From Candidatus Taylorbacteria bacterium RIFCSPLOWO2_12_FULL_43_20 (GTDB lineage Bacteria > Patescibacteriota > Minisyncoccia > Phycocordibacterales > HO2-43-120), in contig MHSK01000011.1 in the NCBI GenBank assembly GCA_001821295.1, positions 1 through 52,042 on the forward strand: a stretch of DNA of 52,042 nt, given 5' to 3'. Below the pieces are notes generated by a model, which had not been told where the DNA came from, did no database searches, and saw only the letters and a list, made by a program, of their open reading frames with translations. The position numbers were made by a program, and so were the translations under genes. This document shows positions 8,201 through 17,044 of the stretch, piece after piece (position 1 is the first letter of the stretch; the number at the start of each line of letters is the position of its first letter).

Positions 8201-10731
8201 CTGGCGCGGATAAAAATGTCAATCTTCCTGCTCAGAGTGTGTTAACGGGTTCGGCAAGCGATGATGGTCTGCCCGGCAATACTCTCACCACTTTATGGAG
8301 CAGCGTCACAGGATCGGGTGAAGCGACTTTTTCAAGCCCGTCGTCATTGTTTACAGTGGTGAATTTTTCCGCACCCGGCACTTATATCTTGCGTCTTACC
8401 GCGAACGACGGGGAGTTATCATCATCTGATGATTTAACGATTAATGCTTTGGCACCGGTTTATACCGTTGCGCGAGATGATAGGGTAAAAACTACCGAAG
8501 GGGTCAATGTCCGCGGCACGCCTATAATTACCAACAGCAACATTCTCGGATCGCAAACGCGGGGCGTGATAGGCACAATAATTGATGGACCTAGAATCGC
8601 AAGCGGCTATGTCTGGTGGGACGTGAATTATGACAGCGGCGCGGACGGCTGGTCTGTGGAAAATTACCTGGAGAAATACATTCCTCCGATATCGTATTTT
8701 TCTCTTGCTGTATTCAGTTCTGGATCGGGGGTGGGAGCGGTTACTTCGGAGTCCGGCATAAATTGTCACTCGGGACAAGGTGCCGATTGTTCTGAGTCAC
8801 TCGTCTCCGGCACGAGAGTGGTTGTAAATGCTTTGCCCGCAGAGGATTCGGTTTTCCTTGAATGGGCTGGGTGCGACAACGTCACAGGATTGTCATGTGA
8901 AATCGTCATGAATTCAGACAAGAGTGTTTCGGCGTCATTTGGTCCAAAACCACCTCCTCCGGATATAAGAGCCCCGCAAATTTTTCAAATTAGCGAAGAT
9001 TCCGTTACTCCAAGTTCTTTTACTGTCTCGTGGATCACGGATGAGCCATCTGATACTCAGGTGGAGTATGGCCTGACGTCAAGCTATGTTGATGCCACTT
9101 CTCGCGAGATTGCGATGTTGACTTCTCACAGCGCGTCATTGACAGGGCTAGAGTCGGATACAACTTACCACTACCGTGTGATATCGCGCGACGCGGCCGG
9201 GAACCCGGCTGTTTCAGCTGACAGAACATTTACAACCGTAAAATCTTTACCCGCAGAAGATACCGTCAACCCCGTGATATCAGATGTCCAGATCGGCTCT
9301 GTAACCGCGACTGAGGCAGTCGTTTCATGGACGACAGATGAGCCGGCAGATTCCAAGGCTGAGTACGGTTTAGACACTGAACTCGGCCAGATCAACTCAA
9401 ACACAGCATTAAAAACAAGACATGAGCTGACTCTTACCGGCCTTTCAAGAAAGACTAAGTATTACGTCAAAGTAATTTCAGCTGATGAAGCTGGAAATAC
9501 AGCTGTATCGGATGTCATTAATTTTTCCACAAAAGCTCGGCTTGGTAAACCGCCAAAAATAAAAAATGTAAGTATTTCTTTCGGTTCGGTTATTTTGTCA
9601 TGGGAAAACCCAACCGAATATGAATTGTTCAGAAAGGTGGCCATATTTAAAGATACCGAGGAATTGGCAGATGATCCCGACGATAATTATAAAGTAAAGG
9701 AGACTACGGCCAGTTCATGGAAGGATAACGATGTTGCTGCCGGCAGTACATATTATTACGCAATTTACGCGGTAGACGATCTGGGCAATTATTCAGAGCC
9801 GGAGTTTATTACCGTAAAAGTCCCCGATATATCTACTGACGATGAACAACCGGGTCCTTCGGAGAGCCCGAGTTCAAATCCGGAGGCAACGGACGCGCCG
9901 GATGCCGGCTCTGAGAATACTGATACCGGTCAAGGTGACGGTTCTTCATCTCAAAACGGCTCATCGTCTGGCTCTTCCGGTAATTCCGGAAGTGGTCAAA
10001 CCACAAGGGGTGGAAGCGCAAGAAATACTTCTACAGGAAGAAGAGTGCCGACTCAAGGTGCCCCATTTACTTCCGTGCCGCAGATTCCCCAAGTTATAGT
10101 TCCTGTTCCGGCATCCTTTATTACAGAGACACTATACTATGGAGATACAGGACATCAGGTGAAGGAATTGCAAGAGATATTAATAAGCAAGGGTTATTTG
10201 GCGGTTAGTTTAAATACAGGCTACTACGGGCCCGACACTCAAGCGGCAGTCGGCAGGTACCAATGCGCATCCGGAATAATTTGCTCTGGAGGAGGATATG
10301 GTTCTTTCGGACCTCTTACAAAATCCAGGATGAATGCCGAATTGACAGGTGGAGCTCCTGTTGTATCAGCTTCGCCAAGCGTCGCGCCACTGACTGAACA
10401 ATTGCCTCCGCAAAGTGTATCTCCGGAACCATCGCCGGTTACGGTTTCTTCGCCGGCAGGATTCATTTTTTACAGAGATTTAACTAATGGTTCGGTTGGT
10501 GCAGACGTCAAAGCTCTTCAGCAATATCTAAACGTTTCGGGGTTTAGTGTTGCTTCCGTTGGTCCAGGATCTCCAGGCCAAGAGACTACGTATTTTGGGT
10601 CTGCAACAGCTCGGGCAGTTACCAAATTTCAAGAGTTCTACAGAGACGAGGTGCTTACGCCTTTTAATCTGAGAAGGGGGACTGGATATTTCGGACCATC
10701 AACGCGAAAGAAAATGAATGAGCTTCAGTAA
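5245..10731 (+). CDS. Giant (1827 aa) membrane-anchored multidomain surface protein with lectin, beta-helix, Fn3 and peptidoglycan-binding domains
   Basis: N-terminal signal anchor. LamG/ConA-like lectin (LIGHWAFDDASG...LDDARFYNRALS). Two InlB-B-repeat-like Cys modules. Right-handed beta-helix repeats (NIVYYNG...NIVFGNYQNGIQM...IGNTSFNNG). Chitobiase-C-like, PKD-like, SH3b and three Fn3 domains. S/G/T-rich linker. Two PG_binding_1-like domains (YGDTGHQVKELQEIL...GPDTQAAVGRYQ; GSVGADVKALQQYL...GSATARAVTKFQ). Confidence 0.85.
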   Translation: MRNFRRIVLVFILAGAFAGLASLSLHLDKKYNSFSQKNRHMAAVSGSGSGLIGHWAFDDASGTNASDSSGNGRTASLQGGAGWSTGKIVGAVSLDGTNDYVDTGYSNSLGSFTAAVWYKSTNTQTSEIARAVAGNMTSGGGFWLIPEWANPSPIFAYGFISTSADNAALLFSQSEGFRSGWHHLAITYDGSSAKIYQDGSLREIRSVSLGSVPSGTSIKFGQRGDGLYYFKGLLDDARFYNRALSASEISELYNYTGDVSVNTVDPDNDIPIQTNSVIPAESPAGDITDTVITPDATKYSLKINKTGNGTVNGSGVSCTLSICNTTHNEGTSLTLTSSPSSGYSFSGWSGACSGTGSCGLTMNSDKTVNVVFTKNPTPEIVIEQEPETPPSQVVNPVVPVEVGSQEGTEWYVSPSGSVSGEGTASKPWDLRTALCGGRPFYLVDGVCSSNHVVKVKPGDTIWLRGGNYTEGVSGEWQNNYSIISTLTGSSGKYITVRQYPGERAALNIRTLLVKGSYGIYRDFEISGSDPDHVSAYDGSLPNDVLGHSAISSSGPYNKFINLVLHDATGFGIGMSASSYGSEAYGNIVYYNGWQGTDRGHGHGFYVQNTGAAQILEDNIVFGNYQNGIQMRGAGNSSRFNFIGNTSFNNGILSRNREGNNITAADDTQRIDVIGNMTYNSYYASDRTGTVKFGATTLDMRNNYFPEYTWIANSPSSLTFTDNFLSGPTTLVYFPSTMANANWNRNTYYSEQLRYTPFNGSYFDQWKSSTGYDQNSVYTIGKPTGVKVFVKPNKYEQGRANITVYNWAKNSSVAVNVSSVLPIGTRYEVRNAQDFYGSPVLSGTYQGGNLNLPMSGLSLAQPKVFTGQNVELTGPEFNVFVLLPVGWSDQVQNIVVTPVLSPSGGEFTGTQAVSISSATDGATIYYTLDGSIPTEQSARYTSPINISQYSVIRAKAFKSGMTSSGTVTAIFTKSIGDTNNSAPVVNSGADKNVNLPAQSVLTGSASDDGLPGNTLTTLWSSVTGSGEATFSSPSSLFTVVNFSAPGTYILRLTANDGELSSSDDLTINALAPVYTVARDDRVKTTEGVNVRGTPIITNSNILGSQTRGVIGTIIDGPRIASGYVWWDVNYDSGADGWSVENYLEKYIPPISYFSLAVFSSGSGVGAVTSESGINCHSGQGADCSESLVSGTRVVVNALPAEDSVFLEWAGCDNVTGLSCEIVMNSDKSVSASFGPKPPPPDIRAPQIFQISEDSVTPSSFTVSWITDEPSDTQVEYGLTSSYVDATSREIAMLTSHSASLTGLESDTTYHYRVISRDAAGNPAVSADRTFTTVKSLPAEDTVNPVISDVQIGSVTATEAVVSWTTDEPADSKAEYGLDTELGQINSNTALKTRHELTLTGLSRKTKYYVKVISADEAGNTAVSDVINFSTKARLGKPPKIKNVSISFGSVILSWENPTEYELFRKVAIFKDTEELADDPDDNYKVKETTASSWKDNDVAAGSTYYYAIYAVDDLGNYSEPEFITVKVPDISTDDEQPGPSESPSSNPEATDAPDAGSENTDTGQGDGSSSQNGSSSGSSGNSGSGQTTRGGSARNTSTGRRVPTQGAPFTSVPQIPQVIVPVPASFITETLYYGDTGHQVKELQEILISKGYLAVSLNTGYYGPDTQAAVGRYQCASGIICSGGGYGSFGPLTKSRMNAELTGGAPVVSASPSVAPLTEQLPPQSVSPEPSPVTVSSPAGFIFYRDLTNGSVGADVKALQQYLNVSGFSVASVGPGSPGQETTYFGSATARAVTKFQEFYRDEVLTPFNLRRGTGYFGPSTRKKMNELQ

Positions 10732-10879
10732 GCTGTCACAATCTAACCGCAAAACTAATACAGAAAGACAACGATTGCATGCGGATCGGATTTATAACCG
10801 AGTCCTCAGGTTTTGCTTTTGTTGAATTTAACCGATTTCCTTGCTTTTTTAGCCATGTCATAGTAGCATGTCTCATATT

Positions 10880-11293
10880 ATGCCTACAATAAACCAACTG
10901 ATAAAAAATAAAAGGAGAAACACTTCCAGAAAAATTAAGGCAGTGGCATTGACGCGCGGTTTCAATGTGTTGAAAAATCGCCCGCGGTTTTATTACTCAC
11001 CTTTTAAGAGGGGAGTTTGCACGAAAGTCACGACAAAAACTCCGAAGAAACCAAACTCGGCAATCAGAAAAATCGCAAGAGTTCGCCTCACCAATGGCAT
11101 GGAGGTTACGGCTTACGTGCCTGGCATCGGCCATAGTTTGCAGGAGCACTCGGTTGTTCTACTGCGCGGAGGACGCGTGAAAGATGTCGGCTTGCGATAT
11201 ACGATAGTCAGGGGCGTTTTGGACGCTACAGGCGTAGAATCCAGAAAGAAAGGACGTAGCCAATACGGCGCGAAAAAACCAAAAAAGTCATAG
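10880..11293 (+). CDS. rpsL: 30S ribosomal protein S12
   Basis: [13 protein letters not shown] is the canonical S12 N-terminus and sets the start at 10880 rather than 10868. PKKPNSA(I/L)RK motif present. Confidence 0.95.
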   Translation: MPTINQLIKNKRRNTSRKIKAVALTRGFNVLKNRPRFYYSPFKRGVCTKVTTKTPKKPNSAIRKIARVRLTNGMEVTAYVPGIGHSLQEHSVVLLRGGRVKDVGLRYTIVRGVLDATGVESRKKGRSQYGAKKPKKS

Positions 11294-11346
11294 TAATGTA
11301 TTGATGTTGCTCTACAAACGCGATATAGAATATTTTTGAATTAAAT

Positions 11347-11817
11347 ATGCGAAGAAAAATAAAAGAAAAAAGAACGATTACCCCCGATGAAACTTACGAT
11401 TCAATCAAAGTTTCCAAGCTGATAAATTACGTCATGGAGAGAGGGAAAAAAAACGCGTCGCGGCGAGTGGTGTATGACGCAATGGTCAGCGTTAAAGATA
11501 AAGCGAAGGTGGACAACCCTTTGGAAATTTTTGAAATGGCTCTGAAAAACACGGCTCCTAACATGGAGGTCAAGTCAAGAAGAGTCGGCGGGGCCAATTA
11601 TCAAGTACCGATTGAAGTTAGACCAGAGAGAAAACAAGCTTTATCAATTAAATGGATCATTGATGCCGCGAGAAATAAAAAAGGGAAGCCGATGTCGGAG
11701 AAGCTGGCGGATGAGATAATTTCAGCTTCAAAAAATGAGGGAGATGCCGTAAAGAAAAGGGAAAATGTTCATAAAATGGCGGAGGCAAATAAGGCGTTCG
11801 CTCATTTTAGCTGGTAG
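11347..11817 (+). CDS. rpsG: 30S ribosomal protein S7
   Basis: MEVKSRRVGGANYQVPIEVRPERK signature; follows rpsL. Confidence 0.95.
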   Translation: MRRKIKEKRTITPDETYDSIKVSKLINYVMERGKKNASRRVVYDAMVSVKDKAKVDNPLEIFEMALKNTAPNMEVKSRRVGGANYQVPIEVRPERKQALSIKWIIDAARNKKGKPMSEKLADEIISASKNEGDAVKKRENVHKMAEANKAFAHFSW

Positions 11818-11838
11818 TGTAAACAAGAATTAATATTA

Positions 11839-12093
11839 ATGACGAAAAATAAGAAAAAGACCACAGACAAAAAACTAGATGAGCTGGCTTTGTCAGTTGC
11901 GAAAGGTTTTGCCGAAGTTTCAGCGACGATGGCGACGAAAACTGAAATGCATGAATTAAAAGAGGAAGTTGGTAAGATTTCCGATAAAATTGATCGTGTA
12001 GAGTATCTAGTGAACGGACATGATCGAAGAATTGATGTTTTAGAAGACAAAGTCAGGAGAATTAGCGTAAAAATTGGCGGAATAGGTAGATAA
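11839..12093 (+). CDS. Hypothetical 84-aa coiled-coil protein inserted between rpsG and fusA
   Basis: Intact ORF filling the gap with 21-nt and 10-nt spacers. Lys-rich N-terminus, then heptad-like charged helix. No family recognised. Confidence 0.5.
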   Translation: MTKNKKKTTDKKLDELALSVAKGFAEVSATMATKTEMHELKEEVGKISDKIDRVEYLVNGHDRRIDVLEDKVRRISVKIGGIGR

Positions 12094-12103
12094 TTACTTC
12101 ATT

Positions 12104-14242
12104 ATGAACAGAGATTACCCATTGGAAAAGGTAAGGAATTTTGGAATTATCGCTCACATTGACGCGGGAAAGACCACGACTTCCGAGCGTATTTTGTTCT
12201 ATACGGGCATGAGCCATAAGATAGGAGAGGTTCATGAGGGTGAGGCGGTTACAGACTGGATGGAGCAGGAAAAAGAGAGGGGAATAACGATTACCGCGGC
12301 GGCTATTACTTGCTTTTGGAATCCCTCTTATATGGGCGCCGATACTTCAAAAAAGCACCGGTTCAATATTATTGATACCCCTGGGCATGTGGATTTTACC
12401 GTTGAGGTGGAGAGATCGCTAAAGGTGCTCGATGGCGGCGTTGTAGTTTTTGACGGAGTGGCGGGAGTTGAACCGCAGTCAGAAACCGTATGGAGACAGG
12501 CGGACAAATATCATGTTCCAAGAATTTGTTTTATAAATAAACTTGATAGAACGGGGGGGTCTTTTGAACGGTCTTATCAGTCTATTGTTGAACGATTGAA
12601 CAAAAACGCTGTTAGAATGCAGATACCCATAGGTGAAGAGGACGAATTTGACGCGGTAATAGATCTCCTTAAAATGAAAGCGTATTATTTTGAAGGAAAC
12701 ATGGGTATTGACATATCTGAGCGAGAAATACCCGATTCTCATTTGGAGCTTGCTAAAAAATACAGGGCGGAGCTTGTTGAAAAAGTAGTGGAGCATGATG
12801 ATGTTCTGATGGCTGATTATTTGGAAGGCAAAGAAATTTCATTGGAAGATTTGAAGAGAACAATAAGAAAAGCATGTTTGGAAGTAAAACTTATACCGGT
12901 TTTTACCGGATCGGCTTTAAAAAATAAAGGAGTCCAGCTCGTCCTTGACGCCGTCGTCGATTATTTGCCTTCTCCCGTTGACATTCCTCCGGTAAAAGGA
13001 ATTGATCCTGCGACCGGGGAAATAATTGAGAGAAAAGCATCCGACAGTGAGCCGTTCGCCGCGCTGGCGTTCAAGCTTCAGACCGATCCGTTTGTGGGGC
13101 AACTTACCTTTTTTAGGGTTTATTCAGGAAAAATTGAAGCGGGTTCATATATCTACAATTCAACAACAGGAGATAAAGAACGGCTGGGAAGAATCGTGCG
13201 CTTGCAAGCTGATAAACGTGAAGAGGTTAAGATCGTATTTGCGGGAGAAATCGCTGCTGCCGTGGGACTTAAGAATGCCAAGACTTCTCATACGCTTTGC
13301 GATGAAAACAAACCCATAATCTTGGATAAAATTGTATTTCCAGAGCCGGTCATCTCTCTTAGAATTGAGCCCAAGACTAAAGCGGACCAGGAAAAGATGG
13401 GTTTTGCTTTGAAACGTCTGTCTGATGAGGATCCTACATTCAGAGTAAAGTCAGACGAGGAAACGGGCGAGACTGTAATTATGGGCATGGGGGAACTGCA
13501 TTTGGAAATAATTGTAGACAGAATGAAAAGGGAATTTAGCGTTGAAGCGAATGTCGGTAAACCTCAAGTTGCATACAAAGAAACAATATTGGGAGAAGCA
13601 GAGGCGGAGAATAAGTACATAAAACAATCTGGAGGAAAAGGCCAGTATGGGCACGTAAAAATAAAACTGAAGCCGCTCGGCCCGATGCCTGAAAAATTAC
13701 CTAAGACAACGCATAGAGAAGAAGGGTTTGAATTCATTAATTCCATTAAAGGAGGAGTCATACCTCAGGAGTTTATTCCTGCCTGCGAGAAGGGCATAAA
13801 AGAATCAATGGATAGAGGAGTCGTGGCTGGGTATAAGATGACAGATATTTCTTGCGAACTTCTCTTCGGTTCGTACCATGACGTAGACTCTTCGGAAATC
13901 GCTTACAAAATTGCTTCATCCATGGCTTTTCAAGACGCGGCAAAAAGAGCTAAGCCGGTTATACTTGAACCGATAATGAAAGTTGAGGTGGTCACGCCGG
14001 AAAAATTTATGGGTGACGTCACGGGCAACCTTTCCTCAAAACGCGCTCAAATAGAAGGCATGGATGAGCGAGGCATGAATAAGGTAATCAAAGCCAAAGT
14101 ACCTCTGGCTGAGATGTTCGGATATGTGACATCATTGAGATCAATGACGGAAGGCAGAGCCAGCTCCACTATGGAGTTTGATCATTATGAACCGGTGCCT
14201 GCGCATGTTTCCGCTTCTATTATTGAAGAAAGAATAAGCTAG
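12104..14242 (+). CDS. fusA: Elongation factor G
   Basis: G1 motif [10 protein letters not shown]3 motif DTPGHVDF, 712 aa, in str operon context. Confidence 0.95.
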   Translation: MNRDYPLEKVRNFGIIAHIDAGKTTTSERILFYTGMSHKIGEVHEGEAVTDWMEQEKERGITITAAAITCFWNPSYMGADTSKKHRFNIIDTPGHVDFTVEVERSLKVLDGGVVVFDGVAGVEPQSETVWRQADKYHVPRICFINKLDRTGGSFERSYQSIVERLNKNAVRMQIPIGEEDEFDAVIDLLKMKAYYFEGNMGIDISEREIPDSHLELAKKYRAELVEKVVEHDDVLMADYLEGKEISLEDLKRTIRKACLEVKLIPVFTGSALKNKGVQLVLDAVVDYLPSPVDIPPVKGIDPATGEIIERKASDSEPFAALAFKLQTDPFVGQLTFFRVYSGKIEAGSYIYNSTTGDKERLGRIVRLQADKREEVKIVFAGEIAAAVGLKNAKTSHTLCDENKPIILDKIVFPEPVISLRIEPKTKADQEKMGFALKRLSDEDPTFRVKSDEETGETVIMGMGELHLEIIVDRMKREFSVEANVGKPQVAYKETILGEAEAENKYIKQSGGKGQYGHVKIKLKPLGPMPEKLPKTTHREEGFEFINSIKGGVIPQEFIPACEKGIKESMDRGVVAGYKMTDISCELLFGSYHDVDSSEIAYKIASSMAFQDAAKRAKPVILEPIMKVEVVTPEKFMGDVTGNLSSKRAQIEGMDERGMNKVIKAKVPLAEMFGYVTSLRSMTEGRASSTMEFDHYEPVPAHVSASIIEERIS

Positions 14243-14268
14243 AGTTCCCGTATTTCTTTATCACTGCA

Positions 14269-14396
14269 ATTACGAAACTCTTTTCTCGGCAGGGCTTTTG
14301 CGGAACACGGGTATTTTTTTGCTAAAAAATCCCTATGCTCGCCCGTCGGCTTGCGCAATGTTCCGCAAAAGCCCTGCCTTCGACGAGTTTCGTAAT
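14269..14396 (+). repeat. Family A 128-nt palindromic element, copy A2
   Basis: Near-identical to A1 and A4; begins 26 nt after the fusA stop. Confidence 0.95.
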
Positions 14397-14480
14397 TTAC
14401 AATCGATTAGGGTATACACTGTCGGCCATTCCTCCTTTTCTAAATTCACGATATTTTATATTTATGTTATCCTCTTAATT

Positions 14481-15506
14481 ATGGGAACGAAGAAAAAGTC
14501 AGGAAAAAAAAACGCAATTAAAAACAGTGATAGGGCAAATACAAATACGGCCGGGTGCCTCTCATACGATAACTGCAGAGTTTGCCGGCTTATGCGTTCA
14601 GTTAAAGCGAAAGAAAAAGATAAAATTATTCAAGAGGTTGTAAAAAAGGGCGCAAAGGACGGTTGTCGTAGAGTCATAAGTAAAATACGCGAGGAATGGT
14701 GGACTTCCGAGTTAAGGCGTTTGGTGGAAAGAGCCAGTTTGAATGAAAGGAAACATCCCAAGGAAATAGCCGGGTTTAAAATACCCGTATGGTGGGAATG
14801 TGGCTGGCGACGCAAGAGATGTTATAGACCGAATTGCCCGATTTGTCCGAATACTGAAAAAATAATGGGGGTATTGGGTCTTGATGACGAGACGGGTAAA
14901 AAAACGGATGATATTAACAAAATAGACGGAGAAATTATCAAAAATGAAGACAAGTTACCGGACACCCTTTTTGATCCGAAAGACATTGGTTTGTCTTTTG
15001 ATAAAGATAAAATATTGGATATTTCAGAAGATCTGATTGATGATATTGGCTTTGACGAGAACTATGACGATATATATGAGGAAGAGGAAGAGTTAGAAAA
15101 GGATAAGAACCCCGAGTCCTTTTCGCTTTATAGGAAAACTGCCGCTTGGACGGAGAAAAATAGAAGTCTTGTCAAGAAGAACATAGGAAAAAAACAAATT
15201 GACGATGAGGAGATTTTGGACATTATGTGGTATGGAAACATTTTACCCATAAAGACTTATATGCAGATGTGTTTTAAAAAAGATATGTTCGTCCATTTCA
15301 ATTCCGGAGGAGCGGCAGCTGATAATCCGGACGAGGTCAATTACAGGTATAACGGCTATGTACTCAAGGAGGTGTTGTTGATTTTGGAAGCAGCGCTGGA
15401 AAAAAAGATTAAGACAGGAAAAGAAAAAGAAAAATCGCATTACTTGTCTCAACTTAAGGAATTGCGCGTTTTCAAGCCGAGTATTTTGTCGTTGTGCCCG
15501 CGATAA
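14481..15506 (+). CDS. Hypothetical Cys-rich / highly acidic protein (341 aa)
   Basis: The ORF-track start at 14298 lies inside repeat A2, so the ATG at 14481 (MGTKKKSGKK) is preferred. Cys clusters CLSYDNCRVC and CYRPNCPIC, a central D/E-rich tract, and no recognised family. Confidence 0.55.
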   Translation: MGTKKKSGKKNAIKNSDRANTNTAGCLSYDNCRVCRLMRSVKAKEKDKIIQEVVKKGAKDGCRRVISKIREEWWTSELRRLVERASLNERKHPKEIAGFKIPVWWECGWRRKRCYRPNCPICPNTEKIMGVLGLDDETGKKTDDINKIDGEIIKNEDKLPDTLFDPKDIGLSFDKDKILDISEDLIDDIGFDENYDDIYEEEEELEKDKNPESFSLYRKTAAWTEKNRSLVKKNIGKKQIDDEEILDIMWYGNILPIKTYMQMCFKKDMFVHFNSGGAAADNPDEVNYRYNGYVLKEVLLILEAALEKKIKTGKEKEKSHYLSQLKELRVFKPSILSLCPR

Positions 15507-15537
15507 CTGCCAACAGTCCACCTGTGGATATACTGTC

Positions 15538-15567
15538 TTGCATTTTTTCCTGCCTCGGCGGTATAAT
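15538..15567 (+). promoter_or_regulatory. Sigma70-like promoter TTGCAT-N18-TATAAT
   Basis: Read directly; lies upstream of the small ORF and the pilin gene. Confidence 0.4.
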
Positions 15568-15573
15568 TAAATA

Positions 15574-15795
15574 ATGATCAGGTTTGTCCACAAAAGGCAT
15601 ATACACCGGGAGCAAAACTCTAAAAAAATCATTATTTTTTACAGTGCTTCTGATATATTTCTCGGTGTTGCCCTCTTAGCTCTGGTGACGTTTTTCATTA
15701 ACGACTACCTTTCTCATTCTTTGCCGGGTTTGGACCGAAACGACTACTCGTTTGAAAAAGAGTTTAATGCTCCGGAAGGTTTGTATTTGGACTAA
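15574..15795 (+). CDS. Possible small single-TM membrane protein (73 aa)
   Basis: ORF with one hydrophobic helix (IFLGVALLALVTFFI) directly after the promoter-like site. No homology recognised. Confidence 0.3.
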   Translation: MIRFVHKRHIHREQNSKKIIIFYSASDIFLGVALLALVTFFINDYLSHSLPGLDRNDYSFEKEFNAPEGLYLD

Positions 15796-15802
15796 CCCGC
15801 TT

Positions 15803-16393
15803 ATGTTTTATTTGAAAAATGAAACCCCGTTAGAAAATCATAAAACAAAAGCCAATTCCTTTTTTAGTTTTTTTCAATGTAAATCTCTGTCAGCTGGTAG
15901 CTGTGACCGCCGTAATTTTCTAACGGGGTTTACTCTAATTGAATTGCTTGTAGTGATCTCTATCATCGGGCTTTTGTCCTCCGTGGTTCTCGCCAGTTTG
16001 AATAATGCGAGGGCTAAGGCGAGGGATACGAGGAGGATTCAAGATTTTAAACAGATTAGCACAGCACTTTATCTATATTATGATAAATATGGCACTGTGC
16101 CTGTCTATAACAATAGTAATTCTCCAGGAAGTCATCAAATTAAATTTGAAAAAATGGCTACTGATTTGGTAAATGCGGGTTTTCTAGCACAAATTCCAAC
16201 CTCACCTACCGGCTCGACTTATCAATATTATTACTATGGGGGAAGTACCGTAGGTGGCATTTTAGTGACCACTTTGGAATCAATTCAAAATACGACAGTA
16301 CCTCCATATGGTTCGTGCAGACCATTCACAAATAACTGGTGTTCTTCAACTATTGCGTCAAAATATTATTGCTTATGTAATGTTGACAACTGA
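15803..16393 (+). CDS. Type IV pilin / pseudopilin-like protein with an unusually long leader
   Basis: Class III signal G|FTLIELLVVISIIGLLSSVVLASL (prepilin peptidase site with conserved E5). Two C-terminal Cys pairs. Start uncertain; the 15803 ATG gives a 42-aa leader. Confidence 0.8.
   Translation: MFYLKNETPLENHKTKANSFFSFFQCKSLSAGSCDRRNFLTGFTLIELLVVISIIGLLSSVVLASLNNARAKARDTRRIQDFKQISTALYLYYDKYGTVPVYNNSNSPGSHQIKFEKMATDLVNAGFLAQIPTSPTGSTYQYYYYGGSTVGGILVTTLESIQNTTVPPYGSCRPFTNNWCSSTIASKYYCLCNVDN
15822..15931. repeat. Perfect 17-bp inverted repeat (AAACCCCGTTAGAAAAT / ATTTTCTAACGGGGTTT) flanking 76 bp inside the pilin leader
   Basis: Arms at 15822-15838 and 15915-15931 are exact reverse complements. 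The right arm covers the codons of the peptidase cleavage site. Confidence 0.9.
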
Positions 16394-16447
16394 TCTCTGG
16401 TAATAGGCTTTAACGCACTTGTTTTTGTGAATTCCCAAATTAATAAA

Positions 16448-16480
16448 TTTATCATTGGCATAGATGAGGTGGGGAGAGGT
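16448..16480 (+). pseudogene. Possible relic of the RNase HII N-terminus
   Basis: Translates to FIIGIDEVGRG, resembling the rnhB motif IAGIDEAGRG. No ORF continues beyond about 25 further codons. Confidence 0.3.
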
Positions 16481-16618
16481 TTTATCACGGATAAAGGCAG
16501 GTGTGCTCACACTATTCAATATAGATCATCTTAAACAGCAAAGTGTGAGGAAAAGGTGCCAGGAATCTTTTTTATGCACGAGCTTGCATTTAAGTTTATC
16601 TTAAGTTAAACTTCAAAT

Positions 16619-16897
16619 ATGCCTACAAAAGCAAAAAATAACACAAATATCATCGGTTTTAAAGAGCTTCGAGAAAACGCGGGTAAATACATCTCTGCCG
16701 TAGAAAAAGGCAAGGTTTTTACGGTTGTGCGTCGTTCAAGGCCCATATTTAAAATGATACCTGTCGACGAGTGGGGGGATGAAGGATTATGGACCAAAGT
16801 TGTCGATTTCACTAAGTTTAGAAAAGGTGGCGTGAAGGCCGAAGAAGTTTTAGCAAGTTTGAAGCGTTTGGAGGATTATAGCCCATCCACCATCTAA
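16619..16897 (+). CDS. Phd/YefM-type antitoxin-like protein
   Basis: The N-terminus IGFKELRENAGKYISAVEKGKVFTVVRRSRPIFKMIP matches the Phd/YefM fold pattern. Confidence 0.65.
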   Translation: MPTKAKNNTNIIGFKELRENAGKYISAVEKGKVFTVVRRSRPIFKMIPVDEWGDEGLWTKVVDFTKFRKGGVKAEEVLASLKRLEDYSPSTI

Positions 16898-17044
16898 CCG
16901 CCAGATATGAAGCAAGACATGGCTTGACTGCCGTAATGTCCAAAATTCTGCTGCAAATTGCATATTTATCGTCAGCGTACCTCGGTATGCTTCCTCAAAA
17001 TCCGCAATTTTCGCAAAGAATTTTGAACATTTCGTCTAGCCATT

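Noticed and set aside
8434-8778. Antisense or overlapping ORFs inside long genes (for example 8434..8778, 32118..32558, 47884..48444, 21687..22115, 26505..26957)
   Set aside because: They lie opposite or out of frame within well-supported genes, have low-complexity or odd composition, and show no independent signals.
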